Source: Octopus sinensis
Lineage: Eukaryota
DNA: 64,000 bases
Assembly (NCBI RefSeq): GCF_006345805.1
Contig: NC_042997.1
Location: 23,932,001-23,996,000 of the forward strand
Direction of reading: 5' to 3'
This document shows, in pieces, positions 25,910-39,495 of the stretch (positions within the stretch are counted from its first letter, which is position 1; each line of letters starts with the position of its first letter). The translations under genes were made by a program, and so were the position numbers. The notes under the pieces are model-generated. The model had not been told where the DNA came from. It did no database searches and saw only the letters and a program-made list of their open reading frames with translations.

Positions 25910-26220
25910 TACAGATATAGGGTAAAGAATTATCAATTTAATTTATTAATTATTAATTCTCGAAATATGTTGATGACGGAAATGAATTTGTATAATTCTA
26001 ATCCAGAAACGCGTCCATAATTAATCGAAGACAGTTTGATTTCGTTACTTTTTCTTCTTTTTGCTTATGTGAGTTAAAAATTTTGTTATCTGTGGAGTCA
26101 TATCTGTGGTAAAAAGGAATGGGCTGTCTTTGGTTGCTATTTCTAAATTTTCGATGTGTGGTGAAGCAACTTGTTGCTTAACACTTAATTATATTTAATG
26201 TTATATATATATATATACAT

Positions 26221-26601
26221 AGGCGTAAGAGTGGCGGTGTGGTAAGTAGGTTCTGAGTTCAGTCCCACTGTGTGGCACCTTGGGCAAATAACTTCTACTA
26301 CAGCCTGGGCCGACCAAAGCCTTGTGAGTGGATTTGGTAAATGGAAACTGAAAGAAGCCCGTCGTAAATATGTATATATATGTGTGTGTGTGTGTTTGTG
26401 TGTCTCTGTTTGTCCCGCCCACAATATCGCTTGACAACCGATGGTGGTGTGTTTACGCCCCCGTAACTTAGCAGTTCGGCAAAAGAGACCGATAGAATAA
26501 GTACTAGGCTTACAAAGAGTAAGTCCTGCGGTCGATTTGCTCGACAAAAGGCAGTGCTCCAGCATGGTCACAGTCAAATGACTGAATCAAGTAAAAGAGT
26601 A
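26221..26601 (+). mobile_element. SINE-A with a small head deletion
   Basis: Family match. Confidence 0.92.
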
Positions 26602-28240
26602 TAAATACACACATATATACACACAGACAGAGAGTAAGAGAGTGAGAGAGAAAGAGAAAGAAAGGGAGAGAGAATATTGCATTGTTTTACTAATTATTCT
26701 TGTACGTTACAAAATTAGTATGAACTACTCCAATATACTCCAAAATATTAATATGGATTATCTAAAACTTTACAATATATATTGAAAAATTCAGACTCAT
26801 TTACATACCCTTTGCTGCACATGATTTGAATATCATTGCTCTGCACAATTAGCAACTAATAGCAAAACACAACACATACGCTTACATAACCGATATCCCA
26901 TCAACCAATAACAACTTCCGACACAAGAACCGTGAAGACGCATCGCCTAGTAGATAGGTGTTCGGTTTATGATCAAGATCGCGAGTTCAACGCCTTAATG
27001 CAGTGACATGTTTGGGAGAAATGCACTTGGTTTCAATAGCTTCAGTCTACTCAGCTGTAATGAGTACCACCCAAGTTCTGGCTGTTACACTTTGGATGTG
27101 ACGCCAGACAAAATGTATGAAGGCCGAGGCTGTGTGTATGCTTGCTTATGACTACACACTCACCTGAAACAATTAGCGTAAGTAAAATACATCAGCCAGC
27201 CATTCTCGCTCGCGAGTGACGACTGTGTACAAGTGCTACCCAATAAGCAATATTATAAAACCAACTCAACACCGTCTGTGCAATAACCAGACGTTGCTGT
27301 AGCACATAACACAGGTCATAAATAACAAAAAGTAAAAACATAACACGACTCATATTACATGCATTGTACAAAACATAAAATAATAAAAACGACCCTCAAC
27401 AATGAGAAACAGCTGTAGTATACAAATGCAACTCTATGCCCTAAAAACACAGTTGCTGCACACGCGTCAAGAATACAGAGCTGCACCTGGCGGTGCAGTA
27501 CAAGTTCGCATGAATATTTTGAAAACATGATGATGATAGTATTAATAACGATTTCTTATATAGGAACATCAAACATTTGGAAATGAACAGGAAGCATCAA
27601 TAAATACAGAAAAACCTAGAAAAATATTAAAAATAAGGCAAGAAAAAATATTTGTTCAGTTTAAGAGACAATGCAATCTGCTCTCTTGTGGTGTCGTTAA
27701 AAGTATTATATAAATGAGAGAAATGTAATTAAGATGTTTAAACGATACACTTGTAATATTTGCTGTGAAAAATATGAATAATTTGTATATCGCTAAGAAA
27801 CAAATAACTACGAAGTTAGACTAAACATTAGACAAATATTGAACAATTACAAAGATCATAGAATAGATGTATGTGTGCATGTGTGCGTGTGAATGTATGT
27901 AGAGACACACATACATACACGGAGTAGAGGTATAGGTGTAAGAGTGTATATTGAACTTATAAATATAAATATATGTAAAGTTTACTACATATAAGAAAAA
28001 TAAAGGTTATATTATAGAAAGTATATTTATCGAATAGATGCTGAGGTGTGTGATTGGGTACGGTATGAAATAATCTTTGCACACACACACAGACATACAC
28101 ACACGAATGTGTGTGTGTGTGAGTTTGTATGTGTGCCTACATATGTATGCGCGTGCAAACAAACGTATTTACCTCAGACATTCGTGTTTCTTTCTCTCCC
28201 TCGCTTTCTCTCTTTGTCTTTCTATCTCTCACTCATTCTA

Positions 28241-28293
<53 letters not shown>

Positions 28294-28467
28294 CACATAT
28301 ATATACATACACATATATACATATACACACACATACACATATTCACATATATACTTACAGACACATGCACACAGATAGCGATATCTAACTTGGTAATAAT
28401 TACATAGATAGATAGATGCATAAATACATATATACATAACACATACATACATACATACTATATATAC

Positions 28468-28521
<54 letters not shown>

Positions 28522-28522
28522 C

Positions 28523-28553
<31 letters not shown>

Positions 28554-28560
28554 TATATAT

Positions 28561-28601
<41 letters not shown>

Positions 28602-29017
28602 ATAGATAGATAGATAGATAGATACAGAGAGAGAGAGAGATAAGTAGGCACTACGAGGTGGGGAAAATTAGAAACAGAAAACAAAGACAGTGAAAGCGAG
28701 AACGGTAAGCAGGAGAGCAGGTGAGTAAACGAGTGATTATTAAAAATAACACCCGCTGCGTTGTTTCTTCCGTATCGAATATCCTTCGTAAAAAGAAAAA
28801 TATTACCCTTGAATATTCTTTGAAAGTTTTATGTAAAGCACGGGGAAACCTGAAGTGAATAGAAAACAAAACCGCGGCTACAGCGCAGTGCAGAGGTACA
28901 CAACTGCGCATAGATGTAGACTGCAAACAGGAACACAGAGAGAATATATAGAAATGTAGAGATTCAAGTGCGTTCTGTGTGAAGAGAGTGTGCAAGTACA
29001 TATATATATGTGTATAA

Positions 29018-29056
<39 letters not shown>

Positions 29057-29057
29057 T

Positions 29058-29131
<74 letters not shown>

Positions 29132-29227
29132 TGTATGTATGTATACATATGTATATATATATATATTCATATATATATATACACACATATATATATACTT
29201 ACATATATATATATATATAATATATAT

Positions 29228-29273
<46 letters not shown>

Positions 29274-29335
29274 ATATATATTCATATACATATGCATATA
29301 TATATATATCCATATACATTACATATATATGTATA

Positions 29336-29374
<39 letters not shown>

Positions 29375-30393
29375 ATATCCATATGTACATATGTATATAT
29401 GTGTGAATGTATAGATATTTATGTATATATTTGTGTATGTACACATGTATGTGTGTTTATATACATACAAATTCATACACATGCACACATATATATTACA
29501 AATATGTGTGGGTATGTGTGTATATGCATATATGTTACTTCATTTGTGCACGAGTGTATGCATATGTAATAGAGTTTAATAGGTGCTCTTATTGCTTATT
29601 TCAAATGCATAAAACAAATGTTTCTGCGTTGTGCTTGCTAAGTATGTATATGTGTGTTTGTGTGCATGCATGTGTCTGCCTTGTGTGTGCTGCGGGGAAG
29701 TAGTCAGAGTATGTGTGAAAGCTATAGTAAAGATATGTGTGTGTGTGTCTGCGTACATACATATATGCATATACATGCATGGATATGTTTATACAAGCCC
29801 ATATATATTTATTCATATTTATATATAAGTCTCTATATATATGCATACATATATACATGTATGTGCGTGCGTGTGTGTGTGTGTCTATAGATATGTACAT
29901 ATATATGTATAAATATTCATACTCTCTCCCACAAGCTATTTTATCATAGATACATATAAGTGCGTGTCTGACTGTATATATATATGTGTGTGTGTGTGTG
30001 TGGTGTGTTTGTGAGTGTGTGTGTCTGTTAGTGTATATATGTATTTATATATATATGTATGTATATATATATACATATATATATGTATGTATGTATATTA
30101 TACATATATATATATATAAATATATGTATGTATCTATCTATCTATATATATATATATACATATGAGACGGTGTAAATCTACAGTTTATAAATCACAGTAC
30201 CATGTCTATTTGTAATAATCTAATTTAATGTTAATGAAATGAAAGCCGCAGTAAATGTTGATTAATGACAATGTTGAATTATTTCTGCTAATCTTTATTA
30301 AGATAATTTGAAAAAGATTCATTGTCTGTATTTTATGTGTGTATGTATGTATACATATACCTGCAATAACAACTAAAATAATAACGTGCATGT

Positions 30394-30428
<35 letters not shown>

Positions 30429-30505
30429 CCCTCAAAGTCGTTATGTGTATTTATGGATGTATGTTATTATCTCGCCCCCTCTTTCTCCTCTCTTTCTCTC
30501 TCTGT

Positions 30506-31490
30506 CTGGGGCCTACCAATTTTGAACAGTCTGAAGTGTAACAGGCCGAAACTGTAGTGATCATTGGAAACATGACTGATGAATAGAAAGCCACAAATGT
30601 TCCGTCCTGGTTTTCCTATCCGTCATTGTATCGTCCATCTGTCCGTATGTTCTTATTGTCGTCCATTTCCTTCTTGTTGTTTTTTTTTTATTTATATATA
30701 CATATAGCGGTGTATGTACACCTTTTGCTCAGCGTGTAAGGGTGTATATGCCTAAAATCTGTACGACTTTCTCTTTTCTTTCCTCTTTACTTTTTCTCTC
30801 TCCCCCTCTCTCACTTTCTTGCCATTCTCTTTCCATTTTCCTTTTCTCGCTCCCCCTCTGTCACATTTCTTGGCATTCTCTATCTTTAATCTCTATACTT
30901 TCCTGTTATCTCTTTTGCACCTTTCCCTCTTTCTCTCTCTCTCTCTGTCTCTCTGTCTGCCTCTCTCTCTAGTTCCTTCCCTAATTCTTCAATCCCTCTG
31001 CTCCTTACCGCTCACTGTTACTCCCACACGATCGATGCTCAGTCAAGCACGATCTTTCTTTCTTGGCTCGACCGCCGCTCGCATAACACGTTATTTTCCT
31101 ATCTCCTGACTTTCATTTATGTTTGTTACCGCAAGGCTTCCAACTTACACGCTAGCTTAACTTAACTTGTCCTTTTAGTCGAAAGACACCTGTTGTTATT
31201 CTTGTTCTTTGTATTTGTAATCTCGTACCATTTCCTCCGTTTTCTCCTCATTTTTTGTCCGTAATGGTGCACATATTCGCCCACTTTCTTCCCAAAATTT
31301 AATGCCTTTAGCTTAGATTTTTGGGGCTTACCAATTTTGAAGTCTGAAGTATAACAGACCAACACTGTACTGATAATTGGCAGCATGACTGATGAAATAG
31401 AAAGCCCTGAATGTTCCGTCTTATTTTTCCTATCCGTCTTTGTATCGTCCATCTGTCCGTATGTTTTCATTATCGTCCGTTACTTTCTTG
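30506..31490. repeat. Local diverged direct duplication of about 170 bp (30506-30680 and 31322-31490)
   Basis: ggggcctaccaattttgaacagtctgaagt... vs ggggcttaccaattttgaagtctgaagt...; alignable through atcgtccatctgtccgtatgtt. Confidence 0.85.
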
Positions 31491-31710
31491 TTCTGTTATA
31501 TAATATATATACATAATTTATACATATACACACATACATATATGCTTGTTGGCATTTTGTTGGAGGTTAAGTTCCTGATTTCCTGAAGAGAAAGCTGCAA
31601 AATGGACTCCTTATTCAATCCGAATTAGGGACTTTGCAGCCTTCGAACATATGTAGAAAATAATATAAGGAATTTTGTTAAATCTTCGATCAGCTCCTTT
31701 CTTCCTACAC

Positions 31711-31749
<39 letters not shown>

Positions 31750-31902
31750 AATATATATAATATATAAGTATGTATAATGTATGTATGTATGTATGTTTAT
31801 GTATGTATGTATGTATGTATGTATGTGGTATGTATGTATGTATGTATGTATGTATGTATGTTGTATGTATGTATGTATGTATGTATGTATGTATTATGTA
31901 TG

Positions 31903-31933
<31 letters not shown>

Positions 31934-32123
31934 TGTATGTATGTATGTATGTATGTTGTATGTATGTATGTATGTATGTATGTATGTAGTATGTATGTAT
32001 GTATGTATGTATGTAGTATTTATGTATGTATGTATGTATGTTGTATGTATGTATGTATGTATGTATGTATGTATGTATGTATGTATGTATGTATGTATGT
32101 ATGTATGTATGTATGTATGTATG

Positions 32124-32286
32124 TATACGACGGGCTTCTTTCAGTTCAGTCTAACCAAATCAACTCACAAGGCTTTGGACGGCACGATGCTACAGTAGAA
32201 AACATTTGCCCAAGGTGCCACACACACAGTGGGACTGAACCTGGAACCATGTGGTTGGAAAGTAAGCTTCTTACCACACAGCCACT
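32124..32286 (-). mobile_element. SINE-A 5' half ending in a long (TATG)n tract (31770-32123)
   Basis: acgacgggcttctttcag ... ttaccacacagccactc. Confidence 0.88.
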
Positions 32287-34199
32287 CAAACCAATTACTT
32301 CTATGAGCTGTTACGTAGCGAAATGAAATTCTGATATAATCATATCAATAAGATATACGTTATTATTGAATACAACAATCAAACGTCTACAGTTGTATTT
32401 TAACAAAAGGTAACACTGAAATTAAGTTCATATACCAGTAAAACAAATATTTTGCGTTCATTGATGTATGTATGATCAGGTATATATAAGCGTGTATATT
32501 AATATTTCTATTAACTCATAATCTTGACAATTTTCCAACTTAAAAACTAAATTTGTCAATTATTCTATAATATTTGTGCTATAAATCTTTATAAATTCAA
32601 GTTTGAAACTGAATTATTTGTATTACTTTATTCATATAAAATGTTTTAGTTTCTTTATAAGCTGTTGCACTTTAAAAGCATATATTTTTGTTTATTCTAA
32701 ACACAGTGATGAGATTCTGTATTATGTGTATCGTTATAATGTCATTGCGTCGATTTTTAAAAAGAACATATTTATTTTAAGAAATTCATAACAGTATTTT
32801 ATCTAATAATTTCCAAGTTGTGATGGTGATGATCGTGGTAGTGACAATGGTTAAAAAGATAAAAGAATGAGATAAAATGAAGCGAAATCCCTATAAATAA
32901 TTGTTTGAATATTCATTCAGTCATGAAATCTATCACATTTATCTGAAAACATTTAAGTCGATGTTGTGATTATGATGTGCGCAAGTTTGCTATTTCAGAG
33001 AGAGAATAATAAATGTTTCTTCTCGAACAAAATATATTTCAAGTATATAATCGAGAGTTAATCAGTGTCTGTTTTCGAGCAATTTAGGATTTACTTATTG
33101 TCAACCCAAGAAGCAATAAAAAAAAAACAACTCTCAAATTTTTAATTATTTTAAATTCCCACCAAATTGAAAGGCCACGAAAAATCATTTTTTATATCTG
33201 GTCCTTTAAAATAAAATTAAGACCACTGCATTAGTTTTGCTTTCTTCAAACTTATTTCGAAGCAAATAATTCAAATTGAGTTCGAGTAGACTGAAGAATC
33301 TATCAAGGAAAATTTGCGTGTGTTTTGTAATGCTTTTAAAACTGAGAAGAAAAAAAAAACGCTGAATAATTTTGATATAAACCTTCAGTATGTTTGCCAC
33401 ACATGTAACAGAAATGCTTTCCAGAATAAAATAAAAAGAAAATAGGTCCTGAAAATGGGTGGCAAAAGAATGATTAGTTTTTGCAAAGGGCATCGAGTAA
33501 GATGTAATTCTAAAGACTTGTTCAGTGTTTATAGTGTCTGTCAAATAGACTTCTCAACAATTTCATGTCATGTGATTCGAAACAATAAATTGGGAGTTGG
33601 TATCAACTATTTTATCAGTGTCTTACCCCAGGTGCCAATTGATAAATTATAATTCTCGATTAAACAAAACGACTGAAAGTAAAGCAACACAATCTTATGT
33701 GTCTTGTAAAACGTAATAAATATAAATAAGAGATTTGCTCCGACTACGCCAACGAGAATGGTGACTGTAGTAACACTGCAAAAAAATCTTAGTAAAACAA
33801 CACAAAAGAGAAAAGAGAAAAGTAAGAAATGCCTAAAAAAAGAAGGCAAACAAAATATTTATCTTAATGCCAGCGTGTGATAATTTCAGTGATATGAACG
33901 ACCGTTTCGCAACTGTCAAACTAACGAGTAACACGTTTGCACTAAAAGAAACATTTGATGAAGATGATGCTGATAATGATAGCGATTACGATAATAATGC
34001 TGATGACGCCGAATATGATGACACCATATTTATAATGGCAAATTAATAATGATAACGGTATATACACACGGGCTTACGGAAGACGAAAACTACAAGTGGT
34101 GTTCTCGTCCATGTCTTCCCAACAACACCAAACTACAATGATTGCCTTACTTGCCATACACGAGCTACCTTTATGAATCAAATACCTACAAGCTGAATA

Positions 34200-34595
34200 T
34201 CTTTATATATAAAAGAGAAGTTGTGTGTCTGTCTCCTACGATTTAGATTCCTAACTACTCCCACATTTTGCGGTGCAGTTTAACCAAAACCGGGTATCTT
34301 ATAGTCGTGATTCATATCGAGCCCTTCTGGGTATTAGCGCGCGTCTACGATGAGTCTACGATTTGAAAAATAATTACCATCATTTTTTCCATTTTAATGC
34401 ATTTTTTTCGCTAAAATATAAGGGAAGTAACTCTCTAAAAATGTCTACGATGAGTCAACGATTTAAAAAAAAATTTACCATCATTTGTTTTCCATTTTTA
34501 ATGCATTTTTTGGCTATTTTTTGGCTATAACTCTCTAAAATGCTTATATAGTTATTTCCCTTACAAACCCGAGCAACGCCGGGCGGTACTGCTAG
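34200..34595 (+). mobile_element. Non-autonomous Helitron
   Basis: A|TC 5' end (tctttatatataaaag), subterminal hairpin cccgagcaacgccggg, CTAG|T 3' end, no TSD, internal tandem duplication. Confidence 0.88.
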
Positions 34596-34950
34596 TTTAT
34601 GATAATAACGTAAGTAGCAACAACCAAGGAAATTATTAATTATTTAAATCATAAAATGTGTTGCAAAACGGAATAAATTCCTTTATTGTGAAGGATAAAA
34701 GAAATCTAACGAGGTCGAATCTTAATGACAATGTGTTGATATTATTAGTTACTTCTCGAAATATTAGAACACCAGAAGCACAAAACAAACACAAAACTTC
34801 CAGTTATTTCCTTGCAGAATTCAATTGGTTAACACAGTTTGTTTAGTTTCAGCCAACTAGGAGTAAGAAACTTACAAATATGCGAATCCTTGTAGGCATG
34901 AAGGTTTATGTATACATATAACTGCACAAGTGAAGTGGATATAAAATATT

Positions 34951-35363
34951 TCTTTTACTCTCTTACTCTTTTACTTCTTTCAGTCATTTGACTGCGGCCA
35001 TGCTGGAGCACCACCTTTCGTCGAGCAGATCGGCCCCGGAACTTATTCTTTGTAAGCCTAGTACTTATTCTACTGTTCTCTTTTGCCGAACCGCTAGGTT
35101 ACGGGGACGTAAACACACCAGCATCGGTTGTCAAGCAATGTTAGGGGGTCAAGCACAGACACACAAACTTACACACGCACACATATATATACATATATAC
35201 GACGGGCTTCTTTCAGTTTCCGTCTACCAAATCCACTCGCAAGGCCTTGGTCGGTCCGAGGCTATAGTAGAAGACACTTGCTTAAGATGCCACGCAGTGA
35301 GACTGAACCCGGAACCATGTGATTGGTAAGCAAGCTACTTACCACACAGCCACTCCTGCGCCT
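34951..35363 (-). mobile_element. SINE-A, full length
   Basis: Family match ending cactcctgcgcct. Confidence 0.95.
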
Positions 35364-35748
35364 ATCTCTTTAAATAAAATTGTTTACTTCTTTTATATAC
35401 ATACACACCACATATAATTGTGTGCACATTTGCATAATACTCAAGGTAATTGAATTTTGAAGGTGCAAGTTCAATGCAAATTATTTTGATCGGTTCTGTT
35501 TTGGAAACATCAGTATATCCAAGCTGTTATGCAAATCTGTTGTTACATACAATTCGGACTTCTTTCCAGCCTGTCGAAAGTCTGTTAAAGTATTTCTGTC
35601 CCGTTTGATTTACAAACAGCTCTAACGTATGCAACATACTCATTGATTTCGAGACATTTGTGATGTTTGTCATTAGAGCTGGGAGAAAGACTAGCCATGA
35701 ATGTTCGTATACATTGTCTGGCCAACACGTTTTCCTTATTTGTCAATA

Positions 35749-36150
35749 CTCTTTACTCTTTACTCTTTTACTTGCTTCAGTCATTTGACTGCGGCCATGC
35801 TGGAGCACCGCCTTTAATCGAGCAACTCGATCCCGGGACTTATTCTTTTGTAAGCCCAGTACTTATTCTATCGGTCTCTTTTGCCGAACTGCTAAGTAAC
35901 GGGGACATAAACACACCAGCATCGGTTGTCAAGCAATGCTAGGGGGACAAACACAGACACACAAACACACACACGCATATATATATATACATATATACGA
36001 CGGGCTTCTTTTCAGTTTCCGTCTACCAAATCCACTCACAAGGCATTGGTCAGCCCGAGGCTATAGTAGATGACACTTGCCCAAGGTGCCACGCAGTGGG
36101 ACTGAACCCGGTACCATGTGGTTGGTAAACAAGCTACTTACCACACAGCC
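35749..36150 (-). mobile_element. SINE-A, near full length
   Basis: Family match. Confidence 0.95.
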
Positions 36151-36416
36151 TCTTATTCTGACTTTGTCGGTCTCTATTAAAATAATGTTATAAAATGTAA
36201 CTGCTTGTTGGTGCTTGGATTCAGCTGTAGGTATTCGAAAAAGGAGTTGGTGCCATTAATTTTCTTATGCAGATCCTAACGTGCTGCCAACAGTTTGATA
36301 AATGACCTACTCCAAAAACGGAAAGCATTACCCAGAAGCTATCACTCTGGTATATCCCCGACGATAACATAAGTCTGATCCAGATTATATTAGATGATTG
36401 TGTTTTTATTGATAAA

Positions 36417-37198
36417 GGCGGCAAGCTAGCAGAAATGTTAGCACGCCGGGCGAAATACTTAGCGGTATTTCGTTTGCTGCTACGTTCTGAGTTCAAATTC
36501 CGCCGAGGTCAACTTTGCTTTCATCATTTCGGGGTCGATTAAATAAGTACCAGTTACGCACTGGGGCCGATGTAATCGACTTAATACCTATGTCTGTCCT
36601 TGTTTGTCCCCTCTATGTTTAGCTCCTTGTGGGTAATAAAGAAATAGGTATTTCGTTTGCCGCAATGTTCTGAGTTCAAATTCCTCCGAGGTTGACTTTG
36701 CCTTTCATCCTTTCGGGATCGATTAAATAAGTACCAGTTACGCACTGGGGTCGATGTAATAGACTTAATACCTATGTCTGTCCTTGTTTGTCCCCTCTAT
36801 GTTTAGCTCCTTGTGGGTAATAAAGAAATAGGTATTTCGTTTGCCGCTACGTTCTGAGTTCAAATTCCTCCGAGGTTGACTTTGCCTTTCATCATTTCGG
36901 GGTCGATTAAATAAGTACCAGTTACGCACTGGGGTCGATGTAATCAACTTAAAACCTATGTCTCTCCTTGTTTGTCCCCTCTATGTTTAGCTCCTTGTGG
37001 GTAATAATGAAATAGGTATTTCGTTTGCCGCTACGTTCTGAGTTCAAGTTCCTCCGAGGTTGACTTTGCCTTTCATCCTTTCGGAGTCGATTAAATAAGT
37101 ACCAGTTACGCACTGGGGTCGATATAATCGACTTAATCCATTTGTCTGTCCTTGTTTGTCCTCTCTGTGTTTAGCCCTTTGTGGGTAGTAAAGAAATA
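36417..37198 (+). mobile_element. SINE-B tetramer: one head plus four bodies, period about 184 bp
   Basis: ggtatttcgtttg restarts at 36464, 36647, 36831 and 37015; the last three directly follow the tail ..gaaata. Confidence 0.95.
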
Positions 37199-37284
37199 GA
37201 TATCTGTGTTCACCGTCTTCTCAGTTTTGTTTTATAAAACATCAATTTTAGCAGACGCGAGCTTTAACAATCAAGCATCTATGT

Positions 37285-37665
37285 GGATGGAAGCACTCCG
37301 TCGGTTACGACGACGAGGGTTCCGGTTGATCCGAATCAACGGAACAGCCTGCTCGTGAAATTAACGTGTAAGTGACTGAGCACTCCACAGACACGTGTAC
37401 CATTAACGTAGTTCTCGGGGATATTCAGCGTGACACAGAGAGTGACAAGGCCGGCCCTTTGAAATACAGGTACAACAGAAACAGGAAGTAAGAGTGAGAG
37501 AAAGTTGTGGTGAAAGAGTACAGCAGGGATCACCACCATCCCCTGCCTCGTGGAGCTTTAGGTGTTTTCGCTCAATAAACACTTACAACACCCGGTCTGG
37601 GAATCGAAACCGCGATCCTATGACCGCGAGTCCGCTGCCCTAACCACTGGGCCATTGCGCCTCCA
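37285..37665 (-). mobile_element. SINE-C (tRNA-Arg-like head), 13-bp TSD
   Basis: Head GTGGAGGCGCAATGGCCCAGTGGTTAGGGCAGCGGACTCGCGGTC..GGTTTCGATTCCC (TCG in the anticodon position); CAAGCATCTATGT at 37272-84 and 37666-78. Confidence 0.92.
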
Positions 37666-38400
37666 CAAGCATCTATGTAAGACTGATAACGTCAAAAATC
37701 TATTGCATCGTGGTTGAGCTGACACTTCACAAACCAGATTCCTCATATGACGCTTCATCATCTCGAGAAGGAACATTTGCAACGTTGATAGGATGCCCTT
37801 TCGAGCGCGAAGTGTTGTTTATGTGCCTAATGCAATTGAACGTTTTGATAGCTTTGCATTCGTGTAATTTTTAACAATGGAATATTTTTCAATTGCTGCT
37901 CAAATTTCGGAAAATAAATTCATATTTAGGTATCTTTATGTACCGTTGTATAAATGCCAGCATGTATCAGTGGTTAAGAAGTTTTCTTCATATTCACAAT
38001 CATGACGTCTTGGGTTTCATCTACTATACGGTATTTGAGTCAGAGGAAGTACCATAACCTTAGGTCAAGCAATGCTTGGGAATGAAAATGAGCAGACGAA
38101 AACTGTGTGGCAGTTTACTGTACATGTAACTGAGAGGCACATCTTTGTCATACTGTATTAGGATGGTGCTTCTTGAGAATTACGTTTAAGGTTCACCATC
38201 CTGTGGGGAAATAAGCCAATTCGCACGCTACTTTAAAGACTATAGTTCCATTGAAGACTAACAACTAATTTCTCATACATCGTTCCGTTTGAGAGGGTTA
38301 GTCATCATATATTTACATTTATTCTTTAATATATGTATAAATATTCTTGAATGACAAATCTAAATGGATGTATAAGTATTAACACACACACACATATATA

Positions 38401-38847
38401 CAGGGTAAGATGGGTAAATTGTCACCATTTGATATTTTTAATTGCACATGCTCATTGTTTCTTTTTGATTTTGTCGATTACACAATATATTAGGGTCAGT
38501 TAGGCACCGTCTGTGAGAAAACAGAACCATGACGCAATTCACTCTGCTAGAAATTTAGAAACGACATGCTGTACTGCTTGGCATTCGCGCCGGAAGCTAC
38601 AATACGAACATTTCAGAGTGTTTGGGTGGGAATCTGAGGACAGTGCAGAGAATTCAGACAGAGTGTGATGAGTCTAATGGTGATTACGAAGGTGCTGCAG
38701 CTAGGAAAACTCGTCCTGATATTTCTGATAAAGAACTCCTGAATTTGATGGTGAGATCCAGGCCATTTTGGTAAACATATCTGTGATAAATGAGATGTCA
38801 GTGTTATTTTCATTTTTGCGCAATTTAGACGACAGTTTATTCACTGC

Positions 38848-38848
<1 letters not shown>
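38401..38848 (+). mobile_element. Internally deleted, degenerate Tc1/mariner-type element
   Basis: TA|cagggt ... gcacccta|TA ends with loose TIR similarity; HTH-like remnant KRHAVLLGIRAG..ISECLGGNLRTVQRI containing an in-frame stop. Confidence 0.65.
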
Positions 38849-38915
<67 letters not shown>

Positions 38916-39369
38916 TATAGATATATATATATATATATGGGTGTGTGTGATTGTGTATAGAAGAATATATTAATAAAAGGAATTCCAACCTTGTCTGATT
39001 TTCACGTTTTATTTACAATCTTATAATGATATATTATAATTGAATATATTATAATTGAATAAAATAAAATGAAATAGTAGAATGTTAAATGTTCATTCTG
39101 ATTGAACTAGTACTTTCATGCATTGAATTCTGCAATCTTCGGGTTCATGTAGTAGTGTTGACAGTCATGCTTCACAATTTTTGACTGTAGCAAGATGATT
39201 GATTCTGTGCTATAAATACAGCTGGGTAGGCTCCAGAGTGCTAGGTTTTGCAAACTGTATTCTGACCAATCAGTGTGTAGTATCACTCAATTACTTAAGC
39301 TGATTGGTTGGTTGAGCTGATTGGTTTAGGCATCATGCTTTGTTGGACATGTCAAGACATGCTTTGTTG

Positions 39370-39420
<51 letters not shown>

Positions 39421-39495
39421 ATATGAAATATCTTGGATAATAACCGCACAACCCCAAGATCGTTAACAAGACACTACTTTATGTATGTATGTATC

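Noticed and set aside
36417-37198. Regular tandem array as a CRISPR or functional satellite gene
   Set aside because: Units are near-identical SINE bodies of about 184 bp with no unique spacers; eukaryotic context.
37590-37665. tRNA-Arg(TCG) gene; likewise the heads of SINE-A and SINE-B
   Set aside because: tRNA-like heads continue directly into SINE bodies bounded by TSDs and lack a clean acceptor stem and terminator.
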